A stretch of DNA of 59,910 nucleotides, the filler included. It is 4 parts of 4 records of this genome, joined end to end, with 100 filler letters (N's around TTAATTAATTAA, not from the genome) between each part and the next. Parts side by side here need not be neighbours in the genome. Positions count along the whole stretch, not along the records: positions 25,851 to 53,507 come from DRR378314_2769; positions 53,608 to 59,910 come from DRR378314_2778; 2 more parts are not named here. One strand, written 5' to 3'. A program made the position numbers and the translations under genes. Below, piece after piece: positions 42,167 to 53,647 of the stretch. Position 1 is the first letter of the stretch, and every line of letters begins with the position of its first letter. The notes under the pieces are model-generated. The model searched no databases, was not told where the DNA came from, and saw only the letters and a list, made by a program, of their open reading frames with translations.

Positions 42167-43221
42167 CGGGGACGCTTCGGCGGGGACTGGGCGCGGCATT
42201 TCTGGCTGCGACCCTCTGTTCCGGCGCCGGAGCGCAGCCCGAAACAGGTCCGTCTCTGCGGATAATGGAATTCAGCGAACTTTCAGACTGGGACCTCGAC
42301 AATCATGTCGAGGCCCTTCGTGTTTTCAGGGAAACCTGTATGGATATGGAGGGCGCGGACTGGCAATCACTCTGCGCCTTGGCCCAAAATGCCGATGACA
42401 GCGGCGCGCGCGCGTTCTTTGAGCTGTTCTTCCGTCCGGTGCTGATCGAAGATGGCAAGGATGGTCTGTTTACCGGTTATTTTGAACCCGAGCTCAACGG
42501 GTCCCGCCACCGTACAAATCGCTATCGCTATCCCGTCTACCGTATGCCGCCAGAAGCACGCGCGACATCGCTTTGGCTCTCACGACGTGACATCCTGAGT
42601 ACCGACGTACTGAAGGGACGCGGGCTGGAAATCGCCTGGGTCGAAGATCCCGTTGAGCTGTTCTTTCTGCAAATCCAAGGGTCTGGACGCATTCGTCTGC
42701 AAGATGGTTCAACCATCCGCGTGGGGTATGGCGGTGCAAATGGGCATCCCTACCGGTCGATCGGGCAAGAGCTTGTTCGGCGTGGCATCTATAGCCTGCA
42801 TCAGGTCAGCGCTGGTGTCATTCGCAATTGGGTGCGGCGCAACCCCGAGCCTGGCGCGGAGCTGTTGATGCACAATCCCTCTTATGTCTTTTTCCGTGAG
42901 GTCAAACGCGTTGCTGCGAACAGGGGGCCTCTGGGTGCGATGAACAGATCCATCACCCCCATGCGGTCGATCGCGGTGGACCCGGCCTATACCCCGCTCG
43001 GTGCGCCGGTCTGGATCGAAAAAAACGGTCAGTCCAAGATGCGGCGGTTGATGATCGCACAGGATACCGGATCAGCCATCAAGGGCGCGCAACGGGCCGA
43101 CATTTTCTTTGGTGCGGGCGATGAGGCCGGGCGCAAGGCTGGCCAGTTGAAGGACCCCGGACGTTTGATGGTTCTGATGCCGATACAACGCGCCTATGCC
43201 ATGTTGCCGGATGATCTGTGA
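42163..43221 (+). CDS. mltA: Lytic murein transglycosylase A
   Basis: FTGYFEP, FFLQIQGSGR, NPSYVFF, SIAVD, AQDTGSAIKG, RADIFFG (3D domain). Confidence 0.93.
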   Translation: MTGTLRRGLGAAFLAATLCSGAGAQPETGPSLRIMEFSELSDWDLDNHVEALRVFRETCMDMEGADWQSLCALAQNADDSGARAFFELFFRPVLIEDGKDGLFTGYFEPELNGSRHRTNRYRYPVYRMPPEARATSLWLSRRDILSTDVLKGRGLEIAWVEDPVELFFLQIQGSGRIRLQDGSTIRVGYGGANGHPYRSIGQELVRRGIYSLHQVSAGVIRNWVRRNPEPGAELLMHNPSYVFFREVKRVAANRGPLGAMNRSITPMRSIAVDPAYTPLGAPVWIEKNGQSKMRRLMIAQDTGSAIKGAQRADIFFGAGDEAGRKAGQLKDPGRLMVLMPIQRAYAMLPDDL

Positions 43222-43823
43222 TGACGCGGCGCAAACTGACAGATGAAGAAATCGACCTCTGGCAGAAGGTTGTGAAGCACGCAGAGCGTCTTCAGTCAGA
43301 TCGTGAGAAAATGGGCGGAGACCATGCGGATCCCCCTGCCCCGCGACCCAAGCCAAAACCGCACCGCACACCAAACGCTGCCTTGCCGCATTTTGAAGTA
43401 GGCAGCCATGCGCGCGGGAAAATGCCGACGCATGACCTCAAACCCTCTCCCGGGCGCAAGCTGGCAGGAGATCCCGTGCGTATGGATGAAAAAGCCTTTC
43501 GCCGCATGAAGCGGGGCAAGCTGAAACCGGAAGGCAAGCTCGATCTGCATGGTATGCGGATGGAGTCCGCACACGGGGCGCTGAACCGCTTTATCCTATC
43601 GGCGCAGGCCTCCAACAAGCGGCTGGTCTTGGTCATTACAGGTAAAGGCAAGGATCGCGACGCGCCTGGACCGATGCCTGTCCCGCGCGGTATTCTGCGC
43701 CACCAAGTTCCACAATGGCTGTCGCTTCCCCCGTTGGCGCAAGCGGTCCTGCAAGTGACCCCCGCGCACATCAGTCACGGTGGTGAAGGTGCGTACTATG
43801 TCTATTTGCGGCGTATCCGCTAG
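43218..43823 (+). CDS. Smr domain protein
   Basis: LDLHG, VLVITGKG, VPQWL, HGGEGAYYV. Confidence 0.92.
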   Translation: MMTRRKLTDEEIDLWQKVVKHAERLQSDREKMGGDHADPPAPRPKPKPHRTPNAALPHFEVGSHARGKMPTHDLKPSPGRKLAGDPVRMDEKAFRRMKRGKLKPEGKLDLHGMRMESAHGALNRFILSAQASNKRLVLVITGKGKDRDAPGPMPVPRGILRHQVPQWLSLPPLAQAVLQVTPAHISHGGEGAYYVYLRRIR

Positions 43824-43826
43824 GCC

Positions 43827-44948
43827 TTAACGCGCCTCGCGCCGTCGCTGACGTTCGACCATCAGTTTTCCATGTTCACTTACAATCGTCTGGGACTGTG
43901 GCAGGATCTGTTCAAGCAGACTGGGATCGACCGGACCAAAAACCCGGCTTATGTCGCCTGCGGATTTCAGGACTGCCAATAGGCTTGGTGATGTGGCCGC
44001 AACAAAGTGACCCGAAGCCGCGTCTGCGTTAAAGGCGGTGAGGTCAATGATTTCGATTGGCCAGCTTTGCAAACGATCCGCGGACTTTATGTTGCCAAGC
44101 CGCTCTCCCTGGCTGGTACCGCGGAGCCGACCAGAAATATTCAGAATGCGATCCTTTTCCGAGACCATGAGTGCAAAGGGCTGCGGAACGACCTTCAGAT
44201 CAGCCATCTGGCTTTCAAACAGATCCACGTCCAGATCAGGTGATATCAGCATGACGCCGCCGTTCAGCGTGCGTGCCGCCCAGCCGGGACGACGCATGTC
44301 CGCCTGTCGCAGCATCTCCATGGCAAGTGCGGTGCCCATAGAGTGCGCAACCAGAATGATACGCTGCGCGCCGGCTGCTTTCACCCTGCGTATCGTTTCC
44401 TCCAGACCATCGCGCGCGAAGAGCATGCTGTCGAGATCGTAGGCGTAGCCAAAGGCTCGGCCGCGACTGGGCCAGGAATACATCACCAGAGACCCGGGCA
44501 GATCGACATCATACGCCATCTGCGCGGCTCTATATGCGGTTTCTGGATGGGTACTGTTGTAGCCATGTACAAAGATCGTCACTTCGCGCAGCGGCCAGTT
44601 ATTCTCACGCTGTTCGCGAAGGAATCGCTGACGCAAGTCTGCGACTGACGCGACCGAAACATTCTCAGCAATGGTGAAATTCTTGTGGGGATCGGGGTTC
44701 TTGTGGCGATATGAGAGTTCACCGGGCGAGTGGCTGGGAGGGATGGTGACGGTCATTTCCATCATCCGCAATTGGTCGGATCGACCAAACCCCAATGTTC
44801 CGTCTGGTTCCTCTTCCCGGGTCGTGGTGGCAAACACCGTGAAGGGCGTACCGATGCTGACGGCGTTGGGTACGATCGGCATCAAATCGCGATCAGCGCA
44901 GGCCGCCAGCACAATTGCCGCGCAAAAAGCCAGCACGGTTCTCTTCAT
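43827..44948 (-). CDS. Alpha/beta-hydrolase lipoprotein (DUF900-like esterase)
   Basis: Lipobox LAAC; IFVHGYN, YSWPS, nucleophile motif AHSMG, SPDLD. Confidence 0.8.
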   Translation of the reverse strand: MKRTVLAFCAAIVLAACADRDLMPIVPNAVSIGTPFTVFATTTREEEPDGTLGFGRSDQLRMMEMTVTIPPSHSPGELSYRHKNPDPHKNFTIAENVSVASVADLRQRFLREQRENNWPLREVTIFVHGYNSTHPETAYRAAQMAYDVDLPGSLVMYSWPSRGRAFGYAYDLDSMLFARDGLEETIRRVKAAGAQRIILVAHSMGTALAMEMLRQADMRRPGWAARTLNGGVMLISPDLDVDLFESQMADLKVVPQPFALMVSEKDRILNISGRLRGTSQGERLGNIKSADRLQSWPIEIIDLTAFNADAASGHFVAATSPSLLAVLKSAGDISRVFGPVDPSLLEQILPQSQTIVSEHGKLMVERQRRREAR

Positions 44949-44974
44949 TCTATGACCCTTCACACCGGATAACG

Positions 44975-45003
44975 ACCTTGCCCGAACATATCTCGGGCAA
45001 GGT
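44975..45003. terminator. Perfect 11-bp hairpin downstream of hslU
   Basis: ACCTTGCCCGA-N7-TCGGGCAAGGT. Confidence 0.45.
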
Positions 45004-45023
45004 AGCGAAGTTGGCGCAAAGAT

Positions 45024-46334
45024 CTAGAGCACGTAGCGGCTGAGATCGGCAGACTTGGTGAGTTCGCCGAGATTTTTGTGAACAAAGGCCTCATCTACGA
45101 CGATTTCCTCGCCGCCGCGGTCCGGCGCGGCAAAGGAGATTTCCTCGAACACCCGCTCCATTACCGTGTAAAGACGCCGCGCGCCGATGTTCTCGACGCT
45201 GTGGTTCACCTCGGCCGCGATCTGCGCCAGCGCGTGAATGCCGTCCTTGGTGAAGGTGACCTTTACCTTCTCGGTGCCCAGAAGCGCTTCGTATTGACGG
45301 GTCAGCGCATTGTCGGTCTCGGTCAGGATGCGGACAAAGTCTTCTTCACTCAGTGCGCGCAGGTTGACCCGGATCGGCAGGCGACCCTGCAGTTCCGGCA
45401 GCAAATCCGAGGGCTTGGCGATGTGGAAGGCACCGGAGGCAATGAACAGGATATGGTCGGTCTTCACGGGGCCATGTTTGGTGCTGACGGTGGTGCCTTC
45501 GATCAACGGCAGCAAGTCGCGCTGCACACCTTCGCGGCTGACATCGCCGCCACGTGCATCGGTGCGGGCACAAACCTTGTCGATCTCGTCAAGAAACACG
45601 ATGCCGTTTTGCTCAACCGATTCCAATGCGGCCTTGGTCACCGTCTCGTCATCCAGCAGCTTGTCGGCTTCTTCGCCGATCAGGATGTCATAGCTTTCTG
45701 CGACGGTCAGTTTCTTCTTCGTGGTGCGCCCGCCCATGGCTTTGCCGAACAGATCGCCGAGATTCATCATCCCCATGTTGCCGCCGGTCTGTCCGGGCAC
45801 TTCGAACATGCTGCCCATCGGGTTTGAGGTATCGGTGATGTCCAGCTCGATCACCGTGTCATCGAGTTCGCCGGATTTCAGCTTCTTGCGGAACATGTCG
45901 AGCGTGCTCTCGCGGGCGTCTTCACCGGCGATGGCATGCAGAACGCGGTCCTCGGCGGCCTTGTGCGCCTTTGATTTCACATCTTCACGCATGTGCTCGC
46001 GGGTCTGCACGATGGCGGTGTCCACCAGATCGCGCAGGATCTGCTCCACGTCGCGACCGACATAGCCCACTTCGGTGAACTTGGTGGCCTCGATCTTGAT
46101 GAATGGAGCGCGGGCGAGTTTGGCCAGACGGCGCGAGATCTCGGTTTTGCCGACCCCGGTGGGGCCGATCATCAGGATGTTCTTGGGGTGCACCTCGTCG
46201 CGCAGATCATCCGGCAGCTGCTTACGCCGCCAGCGGTTGCGGAGGGCCACGGCCACGGCGCGCTTGGCGTCCTTTTGGCCGATGATGAACCGGTCCAGTT
46301 CGGAAACGATTTCGCGGGGGGTCAGATCAGTCAT
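45024..46334 (-). CDS. hslU: ATP-dependent protease ATPase subunit HslU
   Basis: [36 protein letters not shown]. Confidence 0.98.
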   Translation of the reverse strand: MTDLTPREIVSELDRFIIGQKDAKRAVAVALRNRWRRKQLPDDLRDEVHPKNILMIGPTGVGKTEISRRLAKLARAPFIKIEATKFTEVGYVGRDVEQILRDLVDTAIVQTREHMREDVKSKAHKAAEDRVLHAIAGEDARESTLDMFRKKLKSGELDDTVIELDITDTSNPMGSMFEVPGQTGGNMGMMNLGDLFGKAMGGRTTKKKLTVAESYDILIGEEADKLLDDETVTKAALESVEQNGIVFLDEIDKVCARTDARGGDVSREGVQRDLLPLIEGTTVSTKHGPVKTDHILFIASGAFHIAKPSDLLPELQGRLPIRVNLRALSEEDFVRILTETDNALTRQYEALLGTEKVKVTFTKDGIHALAQIAAEVNHSVENIGARRLYTVMERVFEEISFAAPDRGGEEIVVDEAFVHKNLGELTKSADLSRYVL

Positions 46335-46349
46335 GTCTATCCCTTGAGG

Positions 46350-47405
46350 TCAGTGAGAGGGCGGTAGCCGGTGAAGGGGCAGCACGCCGGAAAGGAGCGA
46401 AAGCAGCGCGGTCCGTATCCGCGCCCAGAAGGCGCCAAGGACCACCAGAACCACGCCAAGCGCCAAGATGCTTATCCCGGTGCCCTCGCTGTCGAAGACG
46501 GTTGTGCTCAGCGCCACGATATAGCCGATGGCGGTGATCAGGAATGACCGGCGATCAATCACGATTGCGATGAGCGCAAAGATCCCAAGCACCAGCGCCA
46601 GGATCAGGCCCTGGTCGCCTTCGAGCAGCGACAGCGCGATGGTGTTCACCAGCGCTGGTGCCGCCACCACATGCAGCCAGAAGCCTTGTGCGGAACGGCG
46701 GGTCACCCGATGCGGATCGCTGAGGTCAAAGGCCATGGCAATAGCAAAGACCAGAAGCCCCACCACAAGCGTGACCCAGGCGAAGGGGCCATTGGCGCTG
46801 AGGCGGAACAGGTCACCCAGTTCGGTGGGCACGCCAGATTGATCTGCCGCGACAATCAGCGCCACAGCAAAAAGGCCAAGCGCGATCAGCGCCATGGAAA
46901 AGGGCACCCGGAACCGCCACCAGAAGACAAAGAGCGCCAGCGTCGACAAGCTCAAGGCCATTGGCAGCGAGGAATAATCCTCCTGCGCGATCATGAAAGG
47001 CTGGGCATATTGGGCGATGAAGCCTGTGGCGGCATTGCCGGCAAACATCACCGACAGGGCAATGGCAGGCGCCACCATACGACGGCGGCGGATGAAATAC
47101 TCCGCAAGTCCCCAGAGCAGCACAGCCCCGATCAGCGCAGCGGTGGTGGCCTGGGTGCGATAGTTGACGATCTCGGTCAGCATGGAGGCGGTGTTCACCG
47201 CGACCCAACCCATGGCGAGGATCACCAGGCCAACAACAATGAAGATCTCGTTGAAGCCTTTGAACAGTTCAAACGGTTCATCACCGGGCGACAGGTCCTC
47301 GCGCGCGCCACGACGGCTGTCCGCCAGCGCTGTGAGGGAAACCGCCTGTGCCTCGGACAACAGCCCGGAGCCGACAGCCGCCCTGAGATCGTCGCGCGAG
47401 ATCAT
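46350..47405 (-). CDS. Polytopic membrane protein of unknown function between hslV and hslU
   Basis: About 10 hydrophobic segments; [31 protein letters not shown] overlap with hslV. Confidence 0.8.
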   Translation of the reverse strand: MISRDDLRAAVGSGLLSEAQAVSLTALADSRRGAREDLSPGDEPFELFKGFNEIFIVVGLVILAMGWVAVNTASMLTEIVNYRTQATTAALIGAVLLWGLAEYFIRRRRMVAPAIALSVMFAGNAATGFIAQYAQPFMIAQEDYSSLPMALSLSTLALFVFWWRFRVPFSMALIALGLFAVALIVAADQSGVPTELGDLFRLSANGPFAWVTLVVGLLVFAIAMAFDLSDPHRVTRRSAQGFWLHVVAAPALVNTIALSLLEGDQGLILALVLGIFALIAIVIDRRSFLITAIGYIVALSTTVFDSEGTGISILALGVVLVVLGAFWARIRTALLSLLSGVLPLHRLPPSH

Positions 47406-47959
47406 TTGGAGATGCTCTCTACCGTGAGATTGCCATTGGTGTAGACGCAGATTTCCGAGGCGATCGCCATCGCGTCCCGTGCTACGGTTTCGGCATTGCG
47501 GTCGCTGTCCATCATGCCGCGGGCGGCCGCCAGTGCGAAATTGCCGCCAGAGCCGATCGCCGCGACGTCATGTTCTGGCTCCAGCACATCGCCGGCGCCG
47601 GTGATCACGTAGAGATCCTTGCCATCAGTGACGATCAGCATCGCTTCCAGCTTTTGCAGGTACTTATCGGTGCGCCAGTCCTTGGCCAGCTCGACGCTGG
47701 CGCGCTGCAGTTGACCCGGCGTGGCTTCCAGCTTGGCCTCGAGCCGTTCCAGCAAGGTAAAGGCATCGGCGGTGGACCCGGCAAACCCCGCCACCACGTC
47801 ATAGCCGCCCGGCGACAGACGACGCACCTTGCGGGCACTGCCCTTGATCACGGTCTGTCCCAGCGATACCTGACCGTCCCCGGCCACAACAACCTCGCCG
47901 CCCTTGCGGACGCCGATGATGGTGGTGCCGTGCCAGCCGGGAAATTGATCCTCTGCCAT
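47402..47959 (-). CDS. hslV: ATP-dependent protease peptidase subunit HslV
   Basis: [32 protein letters not shown]. Confidence 0.98.
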   Translation of the reverse strand: MAEDQFPGWHGTTIIGVRKGGEVVVAGDGQVSLGQTVIKGSARKVRRLSPGGYDVVAGFAGSTADAFTLLERLEAKLEATPGQLQRASVELAKDWRTDKYLQKLEAMLIVTDGKDLYVITGAGDVLEPEHDVAAIGSGGNFALAAARGMMDSDRNAETVARDAMAIASEICVYTNGNLTVESISK

Positions 47960-47984
47960 AAAAGCCTCCGTTTCTTTGCTGACC

Positions 47985-48014
47985 TATATGGAAGTATCAC
48001 TGGCCCGGCACAAG
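47985..48014 (-). promoter_or_regulatory. Putative RpoH (sigma32) promoter for the hslV operon
   Basis: Minus strand reads CTTGTG-N16-TCCATAT upstream of hslV. Confidence 0.5.
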
Positions 48015-48194
48015 GGCGGCGCTCTGCTGGGACAGTGCGCGGCGGATATCGCAACTGTTTACAAACTGCTTAATTGCTATGCGCCCAGTGCATCCCGGGG
48101 CTGAGGAATGGGCAATTGTGAGACTCACTGCACGATCGTACATGAGCATCAACAACCGACAAGGGGTCGGCTGGATCTATCAAGGAACACGATC

Positions 48195-48389
48195 ATGGCA
48201 AACGCAAGCAACGTTATTGCACCGGCCGGCTCTGTCGCAGTTCTGCGCGCAGTCGACTTCTTCTTCAACCTGCGCACCAAACTGGCCGACTGGAACGAAG
48301 CCCGCATCACCCGCAAGGCTCTGTCCTCCCTGACCGACGCACAGCTTGAAGACATCGGCCTGACCCGCGCCGAAATCCAAGCGATCTAA
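48195..48389 (+). CDS. DUF1127 small protein
   Basis: AAGGA RBS; TRKALSSLTDAQLEDIGLTR. Confidence 0.9.
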   Translation: MANASNVIAPAGSVAVLRAVDFFFNLRTKLADWNEARITRKALSSLTDAQLEDIGLTRAEIQAI

Positions 48390-48417
48390 ACCCAGATGAC
48401 ATATCCGGTGAAGTGAG

Positions 48418-48448
48418 AGCCGTCCTGACGCAGGGCGGCTTTTCCTTT
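48418..48448 (+). terminator. Intrinsic terminator after the DUF1127 gene
   Basis: AGCCGTCCTG / CAGGGCGGCT stem with a T tail. Confidence 0.65.
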
Positions 48449-48477
48449 GTGCGGGGCTGGCGAGCCGATCAGCCATG

Positions 48478-48510
48478 AAAAAAGGCGCATCCCGCGGGAC
48501 GCGCCTTTTT
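48478..48510. terminator. Bidirectional intrinsic terminator downstream of trxA
   Basis: AAAAAA-GGCGCATCCC-GC-GGGACGCGCC-TTTTT. Confidence 0.75.
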
Positions 48511-48531
48511 CTATTTCAGTGATCGGTTGAG

Positions 48532-48852
48532 TCAGATGGACTCGTCGATCCAGCTCTTCAGCGCGGCTTTAGGTGCGGCGCCGGCGCGGTTGGAGACCAC
48601 CTGGCCGTCTTTGAAGACGAAGAGCGCGGGAATGCCACGCACGCCCATGGCGGCGGCAGCGTTTGGGTTGCTGTCAACGTCGACCTTGGCAATCTTGATC
48701 TTGCCATCGTATTCGGCGGCCAGCTCTTCCAGAGCGGGGCCGATTTGCTTGCAGGGGCCGCACCATTCGGCCCAGAAGTCCACCACTACGGGGACATCGG
48801 AATTCTTGACTTCGGCGTCGAAAGTCGCGTCGGTGACGGCTACGGTGGACAT
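48532..48852 (-). CDS. trxA: Thioredoxin
   Basis: [19 protein letters not shown] before ATG 48852. Confidence 0.97.
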   Translation of the reverse strand: MSTVAVTDATFDAEVKNSDVPVVVDFWAEWCGPCKQIGPALEELAAEYDGKIKIAKVDVDSNPNAAAAMGVRGIPALFVFKDGQVVSNRAGAAPKAALKSWIDESI

Positions 48853-48914
48853 TGGGATGTCTCCTGAGAAGTTTGGCAACTGGACCCGGAACCTATGGAC
48901 GCTGGCAGGCGACG

Positions 48915-51900
48915 TCAAGGTTCCAGTCGCTGGAAACCAGCCCGTTCACGCGCCTGTGTGATCAAGGTGACCGGAAGCGGCATCAAAGTGGCGGTTCGCG
49001 TCCACAGGATTGCGGTCTCGATCCGGTGATCCGGGTAGATCTGGCGCAGCGCCGCATCATAGGCGCCCATCTGCCGCAACAAGCCTTCGGGACAGGCCTC
49101 GGGGGCGCTCGGCACCACCGCATTGGATTTGAAATCCACCGCCAGCACACGCTCAGGTGTCACGACAAGCCGGTCGATGACCCCGTGCATGCGCGCAGCA
49201 CCCAGATCTGCTGAAATTGCAACTTCGGCAAGGGCATCCGTGGCAAAGACCTCGGTGCAGCCCGGCGCAGACAGAACCTGACGCGCCTCCATCAACAGGG
49301 CCTGCCAGTCCTCATGCCGGGTGATCTGTTCGGCGCGGCTGTCCCATTCGGCTTCGGGCATCTCGGGCAGGTGTTCCAGCAGCAGATGCAGCGCGGTTCC
49401 ACGCGCCTTGGCCTCGTCTTCGCTGAGGCCGCTGTCACCGGGCAGGGCCTTTGCGCCGCCCAGATCCTCGGAGGGGCGCAGGGTGGCCGTGGGCGCGACA
49501 TAGGGCGGGGCGGCGCGGCGGAAAACCTCCGGCAGGGTGATTTCGTCTTCTTCGGTCAGGTCGGAGGGCACGAAGGGCAGGGCGTCCCAGTCCCCATGCG
49601 CCCACCGCAGCCCCTCGCCGCCTGGGGCGTCACAGGGCAGGGCGCCCATGGTCTTCATTGCGGCCTCGACCCGCTGATACCAGCTGTCACCGCCCTTATC
49701 GAGATCACCAGCCCCGGCCACGATCAGCCATTTTTCCGCCCGCGTCAGCGCCACATAGAGCAGCCGCAACCGTTCGTTGGCCTGTTTTTCCTGCGCAAAA
49801 TCCTTGGCCGCCTCCATTGCGGGGGGCATCTGGTCACTGCTTACCCGCCACAGCGGTGTGCCTGCGACCTCCATCACCTCGGACGGGGGAGAGGGGCGGC
49901 GTTTGGTGGTGTCCGGCAGGATCACGATCGGCGCTTCCAGCCCCTTGGACCCATGCACCGACATCACTCGGATCATCGCACTGGCGGCGCCCATCTGTCG
50001 TTTGATCTCCAGATCATCGGTCTGCATCCAGACTAGAAATCCGGTGAGGCTGGGCACTTCGGTACGCTCATAGGCCAGCGCCTGAGACAGTAGCGCGTTG
50101 ATGCCATCCTCAGCTTCGGTGCCAAGGCGGCCCAGCAGTTTTGCCCGCCCCAGATGGCGTGTCAGAATGCGTTCGATCAAATCGTAAGGGCGCAGGAAAT
50201 CGGCCTGCCCACGCAGGTCGTTCAGGATCGCCATGGTTTCGGGAAAGGCATCTGCGCGCGCGCGCAGGGCGGGCCAGAGGTGCATGTCCGTGCGTCGATG
50301 GGCGAGGTCGAACAACATCTGTTCGCTCCAACCAAAGATCGGAGATTTCAGCGCTTCGGCCAGCGACAGGGAATCCTCCGGCAGAGCGAGGAACCGCAAC
50401 AGTGCCGCGATGTCCTTGACCGCCAGTTCCGCCCCCACCTTCAGCCGGTCCGCCCCGGCGATCGGCAGGTTTGTCGCCTTGCAGGCGCGGATAATCTCGG
50501 AGAACAAGTCGGACCGTCGCTGCACCAGGATCAGGAAATCCCCGGCATGCACGGGGCGGCGCTGGAAAGTGCCGCGCTCGACCCCGTCTTCCGGGATGGT
50601 CACGCCGCTGTCGATCATCTCCTTGATCTCCCGGGCGATGCGTTCGGCCAGGATCACCGCATGGTGGCGCGGGCTGGGGCGATCAACAGGATCGGTCCAG
50701 TCGCGGTCCTCCTCGTCCTCGGTCTTTTCGACCAGCGGCCAAAGGTCCACCCGTCCCGGCAGGTCGGATTTGAAGGCCTGGTGTTTGGCATCCTGCGCAA
50801 AGCCTGCGCGATCCTGCCCATCAAACACCACGTCGACCAGCCCGAGGATCGCCGCCGAGGAGCGGAAGGAAAACGCCAAGCTCGCGCTTTGCAGCCCGTC
50901 GCCGGTGTCTTCCAGCCTGCGGCCAAATTCCGCCTGCATGCGGTCAAAGGCGTCCGGGTCCGCGCCCTGAAAGGAATAGATCGACTGCTTCTTGTCGCCG
51001 ACCACAAAGATGGTACGCTCCACTTCCTGACGCGCGCCGAGGCCCGCGGTGAATTCCTGTGCCAGTTTTTCCACCACGTCCCATTGCACCGGGCTGGTGT
51101 CCTGCGCCTCGTCCACGAGGATATGGTCGATGCCACCATCCAGCCGGTACAGCACCCACGCCGCCACAGCGGGATCATTCAACAAGTTGCGGGCCTTGAC
51201 GATCAGATCGTCAAAATCGAGCCAGCCGCGCAGCTGCTTGCGCAGCTCGTATTCCGGCAGGAACACACGGGCGAAATCATGCAGCACCAGCGATTTGTCC
51301 ATCGCATCGAGGGCCAGGCGACGCGGACGGGCAGTTTCGACCCGCGCCATGAAAGGCTCCAGCTGGTCCATCAGAACGCCGTGGCTCTCGCGCAGTTTCT
51401 TGGTGGGGAAGCTGCCGATCTTGGCGGTGAACGGTTCTTTTGCCCCCTTGCCGGTGAGGAACACATCCTCCAGCAGTGGCAGCACATCTGGTGTGATTAT
51501 AGCGATCCGCGCCAGCTTCTCGGCGTTCTTGCCGTCTGTGGCCCCGCCGGTCTTCAGCATCTCCACCGTGCGCGACAGGATCTCCGCCTCATTGCCGAGA
51601 AACACCTCAGCCATCAGCGCGTCCAGATTGTAGCCTTTCGGCAGATCAAACACCTCGCCAAGCGTGTCGCGGTTCAGATCGGGATTGAAACCCGCTTGTC
51701 GGCGGCAGATCTCTGCCGTCAGCGTCTCGAAATCCATCCCTCCGATGTAATAGGACGCGGCCTCAACCACATGGGCGTCGGGCCCCTGCGCCATATCTTC
51801 GGTGATCTCCGACCGCAGCATCGCGGCGGCGCGATCTTCCATTTCCGAAAACTGTGGGCTCACCCCGGCTTCCAGCGGGAAGCGCCGCAGGAGTGACGAA

Positions 51901-52280
51901 CAGAACGAATGGATGGTCTGGATCTTGAGGCCGCCGGGGGTCTCGATCGCACGGGCAAAGAGTGTCCGCGCCTGTGCCAAACCATCCCCCAATGCGGCGT
52001 CCTCTGCGCCCAGATCCACCAGCGCGGCGCGCAGTTTGGTATCCGGCAGCATCGCCCATTCGCCGAGCCGCTGGAACAATCGGTTCTGCATCTCGCTGGC
52101 GGCGGCTTTGGTGTAGGTCAGGCACAGGATGTGCTGCGGCTCCACCCCGCGCAACAGCAGCCGCGCGACCCGGTCTGTCAGTACCTTGGTTTTGCCCGAT
52201 CCCGCGTTGGCTGCAAGCCATGTGGAGGCATCGGGACGGGCGGCGCGAAACTGCGCTTCGGAGGCGGCGTTGCGGTTCAT
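48915..52280 (-). CDS. addA: Double-strand break repair helicase/nuclease AddA
   Basis: [52 protein letters not shown]; nuclease GVIDRL...DFK. Confidence 0.96.
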   Translation of the reverse strand: MNRNAASEAQFRAARPDASTWLAANAGSGKTKVLTDRVARLLLRGVEPQHILCLTYTKAAASEMQNRLFQRLGEWAMLPDTKLRAALVDLGAEDAALGDGLAQARTLFARAIETPGGLKIQTIHSFCSSLLRRFPLEAGVSPQFSEMEDRAAAMLRSEITEDMAQGPDAHVVEAASYYIGGMDFETLTAEICRRQAGFNPDLNRDTLGEVFDLPKGYNLDALMAEVFLGNEAEILSRTVEMLKTGGATDGKNAEKLARIAIITPDVLPLLEDVFLTGKGAKEPFTAKIGSFPTKKLRESHGVLMDQLEPFMARVETARPRRLALDAMDKSLVLHDFARVFLPEYELRKQLRGWLDFDDLIVKARNLLNDPAVAAWVLYRLDGGIDHILVDEAQDTSPVQWDVVEKLAQEFTAGLGARQEVERTIFVVGDKKQSIYSFQGADPDAFDRMQAEFGRRLEDTGDGLQSASLAFSFRSSAAILGLVDVVFDGQDRAGFAQDAKHQAFKSDLPGRVDLWPLVEKTEDEEDRDWTDPVDRPSPRHHAVILAERIAREIKEMIDSGVTIPEDGVERGTFQRRPVHAGDFLILVQRRSDLFSEIIRACKATNLPIAGADRLKVGAELAVKDIAALLRFLALPEDSLSLAEALKSPIFGWSEQMLFDLAHRRTDMHLWPALRARADAFPETMAILNDLRGQADFLRPYDLIERILTRHLGRAKLLGRLGTEAEDGINALLSQALAYERTEVPSLTGFLVWMQTDDLEIKRQMGAASAMIRVMSVHGSKGLEAPIVILPDTTKRRPSPPSEVMEVAGTPLWRVSSDQMPPAMEAAKDFAQEKQANERLRLLYVALTRAEKWLIVAGAGDLDKGGDSWYQRVEAAMKTMGALPCDAPGGEGLRWAHGDWDALPFVPSDLTEEDEITLPEVFRRAAPPYVAPTATLRPSEDLGGAKALPGDSGLSEDEAKARGTALHLLLEHLPEMPEAEWDSRAEQITRHEDWQALLMEARQVLSAPGCTEVFATDALAEVAISADLGAARMHGVIDRLVVTPERVLAVDFKSNAVVPSAPEACPEGLLRQMGAYDAALRQIYPDHRIETAILWTRTATLMPLPVTLITQARERAGFQRLEP

Positions 52281-53507
52281 GTCAGATCCTCAGGCACCGG
52301 GTCCGAACTGCGGTCCCATTCGCCGTAGCGGGCGAGGTGGTCATAGTCGCCGGCAAAGTCATCGCGGTGTACCATTCGACGGCTGCTGTACCCTTGGGCG
52401 GCGTCGAAATAGGCCTCGATCAGGCTGCGCAATTCCGCCCAGACCTTGGCCGGTGGTTCATCATGGATCGGCGCGGCGACTTCTTTCACGGGAGGTTTCA
52501 GCCCGATATAGAGTGCGCGCTCCACCCGGGCCGCACCGTAGTCCGAAAATGCACCCTGTTCGGCCATTGCGGTCTCGATCAGCAGCTGTTTTTCAAAGGA
52601 CTTCTGCTGCTTTTCCGAGGGCGGTTCGCCGGTTTTATAGTCGTAAAGATGCAACAGCCCACGGTCGTCTACATCGATCCGGTCGGCCTTGGCCGCGATC
52701 TCGAAATCGAGCGGATCAAGCCGCACATTGCCGGATTTCTCAAACCCCGACGGGCGGGCGCGCGACTGGCGTTCGTGTTCACCGCGCACAAAATCATCGG
52801 CCACCTTTTTCAGTCGCGTGAGCCAGAGGGTGCGGGCGACCGGCCACGGTACATCCTCCTCAAGAATACGACGTGACTGTTCAATGAAATCCTGTGCCGA
52901 GAGAGTTTCCGGTCGTTCTTGAGCCGATTTTATAAACTCTTCCAATACCTTGTGGATTACCGTGCCACGCAACAATGCGTCGGGTTCCTGCAAGAGTGGG
53001 TCGACGGGGCGCAAGCGCAGCACGTGCTTGGCGTAGATTGCGTAAGGGTCGCGGATCAGTTTCGGGATCTCGGTCACGGTCAACCGTCGTGGCCGTGCCG
53101 CAACCGGCGGACGCGGCGAGGGGCGCGGGCTGAGTGGCGTGGGCAGCGGCGCATCCAGCACGCTGGCCCAGTCGAGCCAGACCTGACCGCGCATGTGCAT
53201 GGCCGACAGTGCCGTTTGACCGCCTTGATCCGGCAGACCACCCAGGAGGTTTGTCAGCCGGTTGAGCCAGCGCGAGGGCACGGTGTCGGCCTCTTCGGAC
53301 CGCACCGCCCGGGTGAGCCAGACTTCCGGCGCGGCGATCGCCTGTTGGAAATCATGCGCCGACAGGCCGATGCGTCGTTCCGGCAGCAGCAACCCGGCTT
53401 CGTGTCGCAGTTTGCGATTGAGCCAGGGATCCGGGCGTGCGGCCTCGGGCCAGCTGCCCTCGTTCAAGCCGCCAAGGATCACCAGATCCGCGCCCTGCAC
53501 ACGGGCC
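52277..53507 (-). CDS. addB: Double-strand break repair protein AddB (5' end truncated)
   Basis: GGLNEGSWP, ERRIGLSAHDF, RDPYAIYA, ADRID, YDYKTG; directly upstream of addA. Confidence 0.93.
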
Positions 53508-53607
53508 NNNNNNNNNNNNNNNNNNNNNNNNNNNNNNNNNNNNNNNNNNNNTTAATTAATTAANNNNNNNNNNNNNNNNNNNNNNNNNNNNNNNNNNNNN
53601 NNNNNNN
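53508..53607. other. Artificial contig-joining spacer
   Basis: N44-TTAATTAATTAA-N44. Confidence 0.98.
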
Positions 53608-53609
53608 TT

Positions 53610-53647
53610 TCGCGGGCAAGGCCCGCTCCCACAAAACCCGCTCCTAC
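53610..53647 (-). repeat. REP element (GTRG type) plus an adjacent partial copy
   Basis: Minus strand GTAGGAGCGGG-TTTT-GTGGGAGCGGGCCTTGCCCGCGA: a GTGG tetranucleotide followed by a palindrome, at the contig end. Confidence 0.75.

Noticed and set aside
48390-48531. Cuckoo/CcsR-type sRNA array downstream of the DUF1127 gene
   Set aside because: No CCTCCTCCC loop motifs; the two hairpins are explained as terminators.
50154-51896. 580-aa plus-strand ORF
   Set aside because: Antisense shadow of addA.
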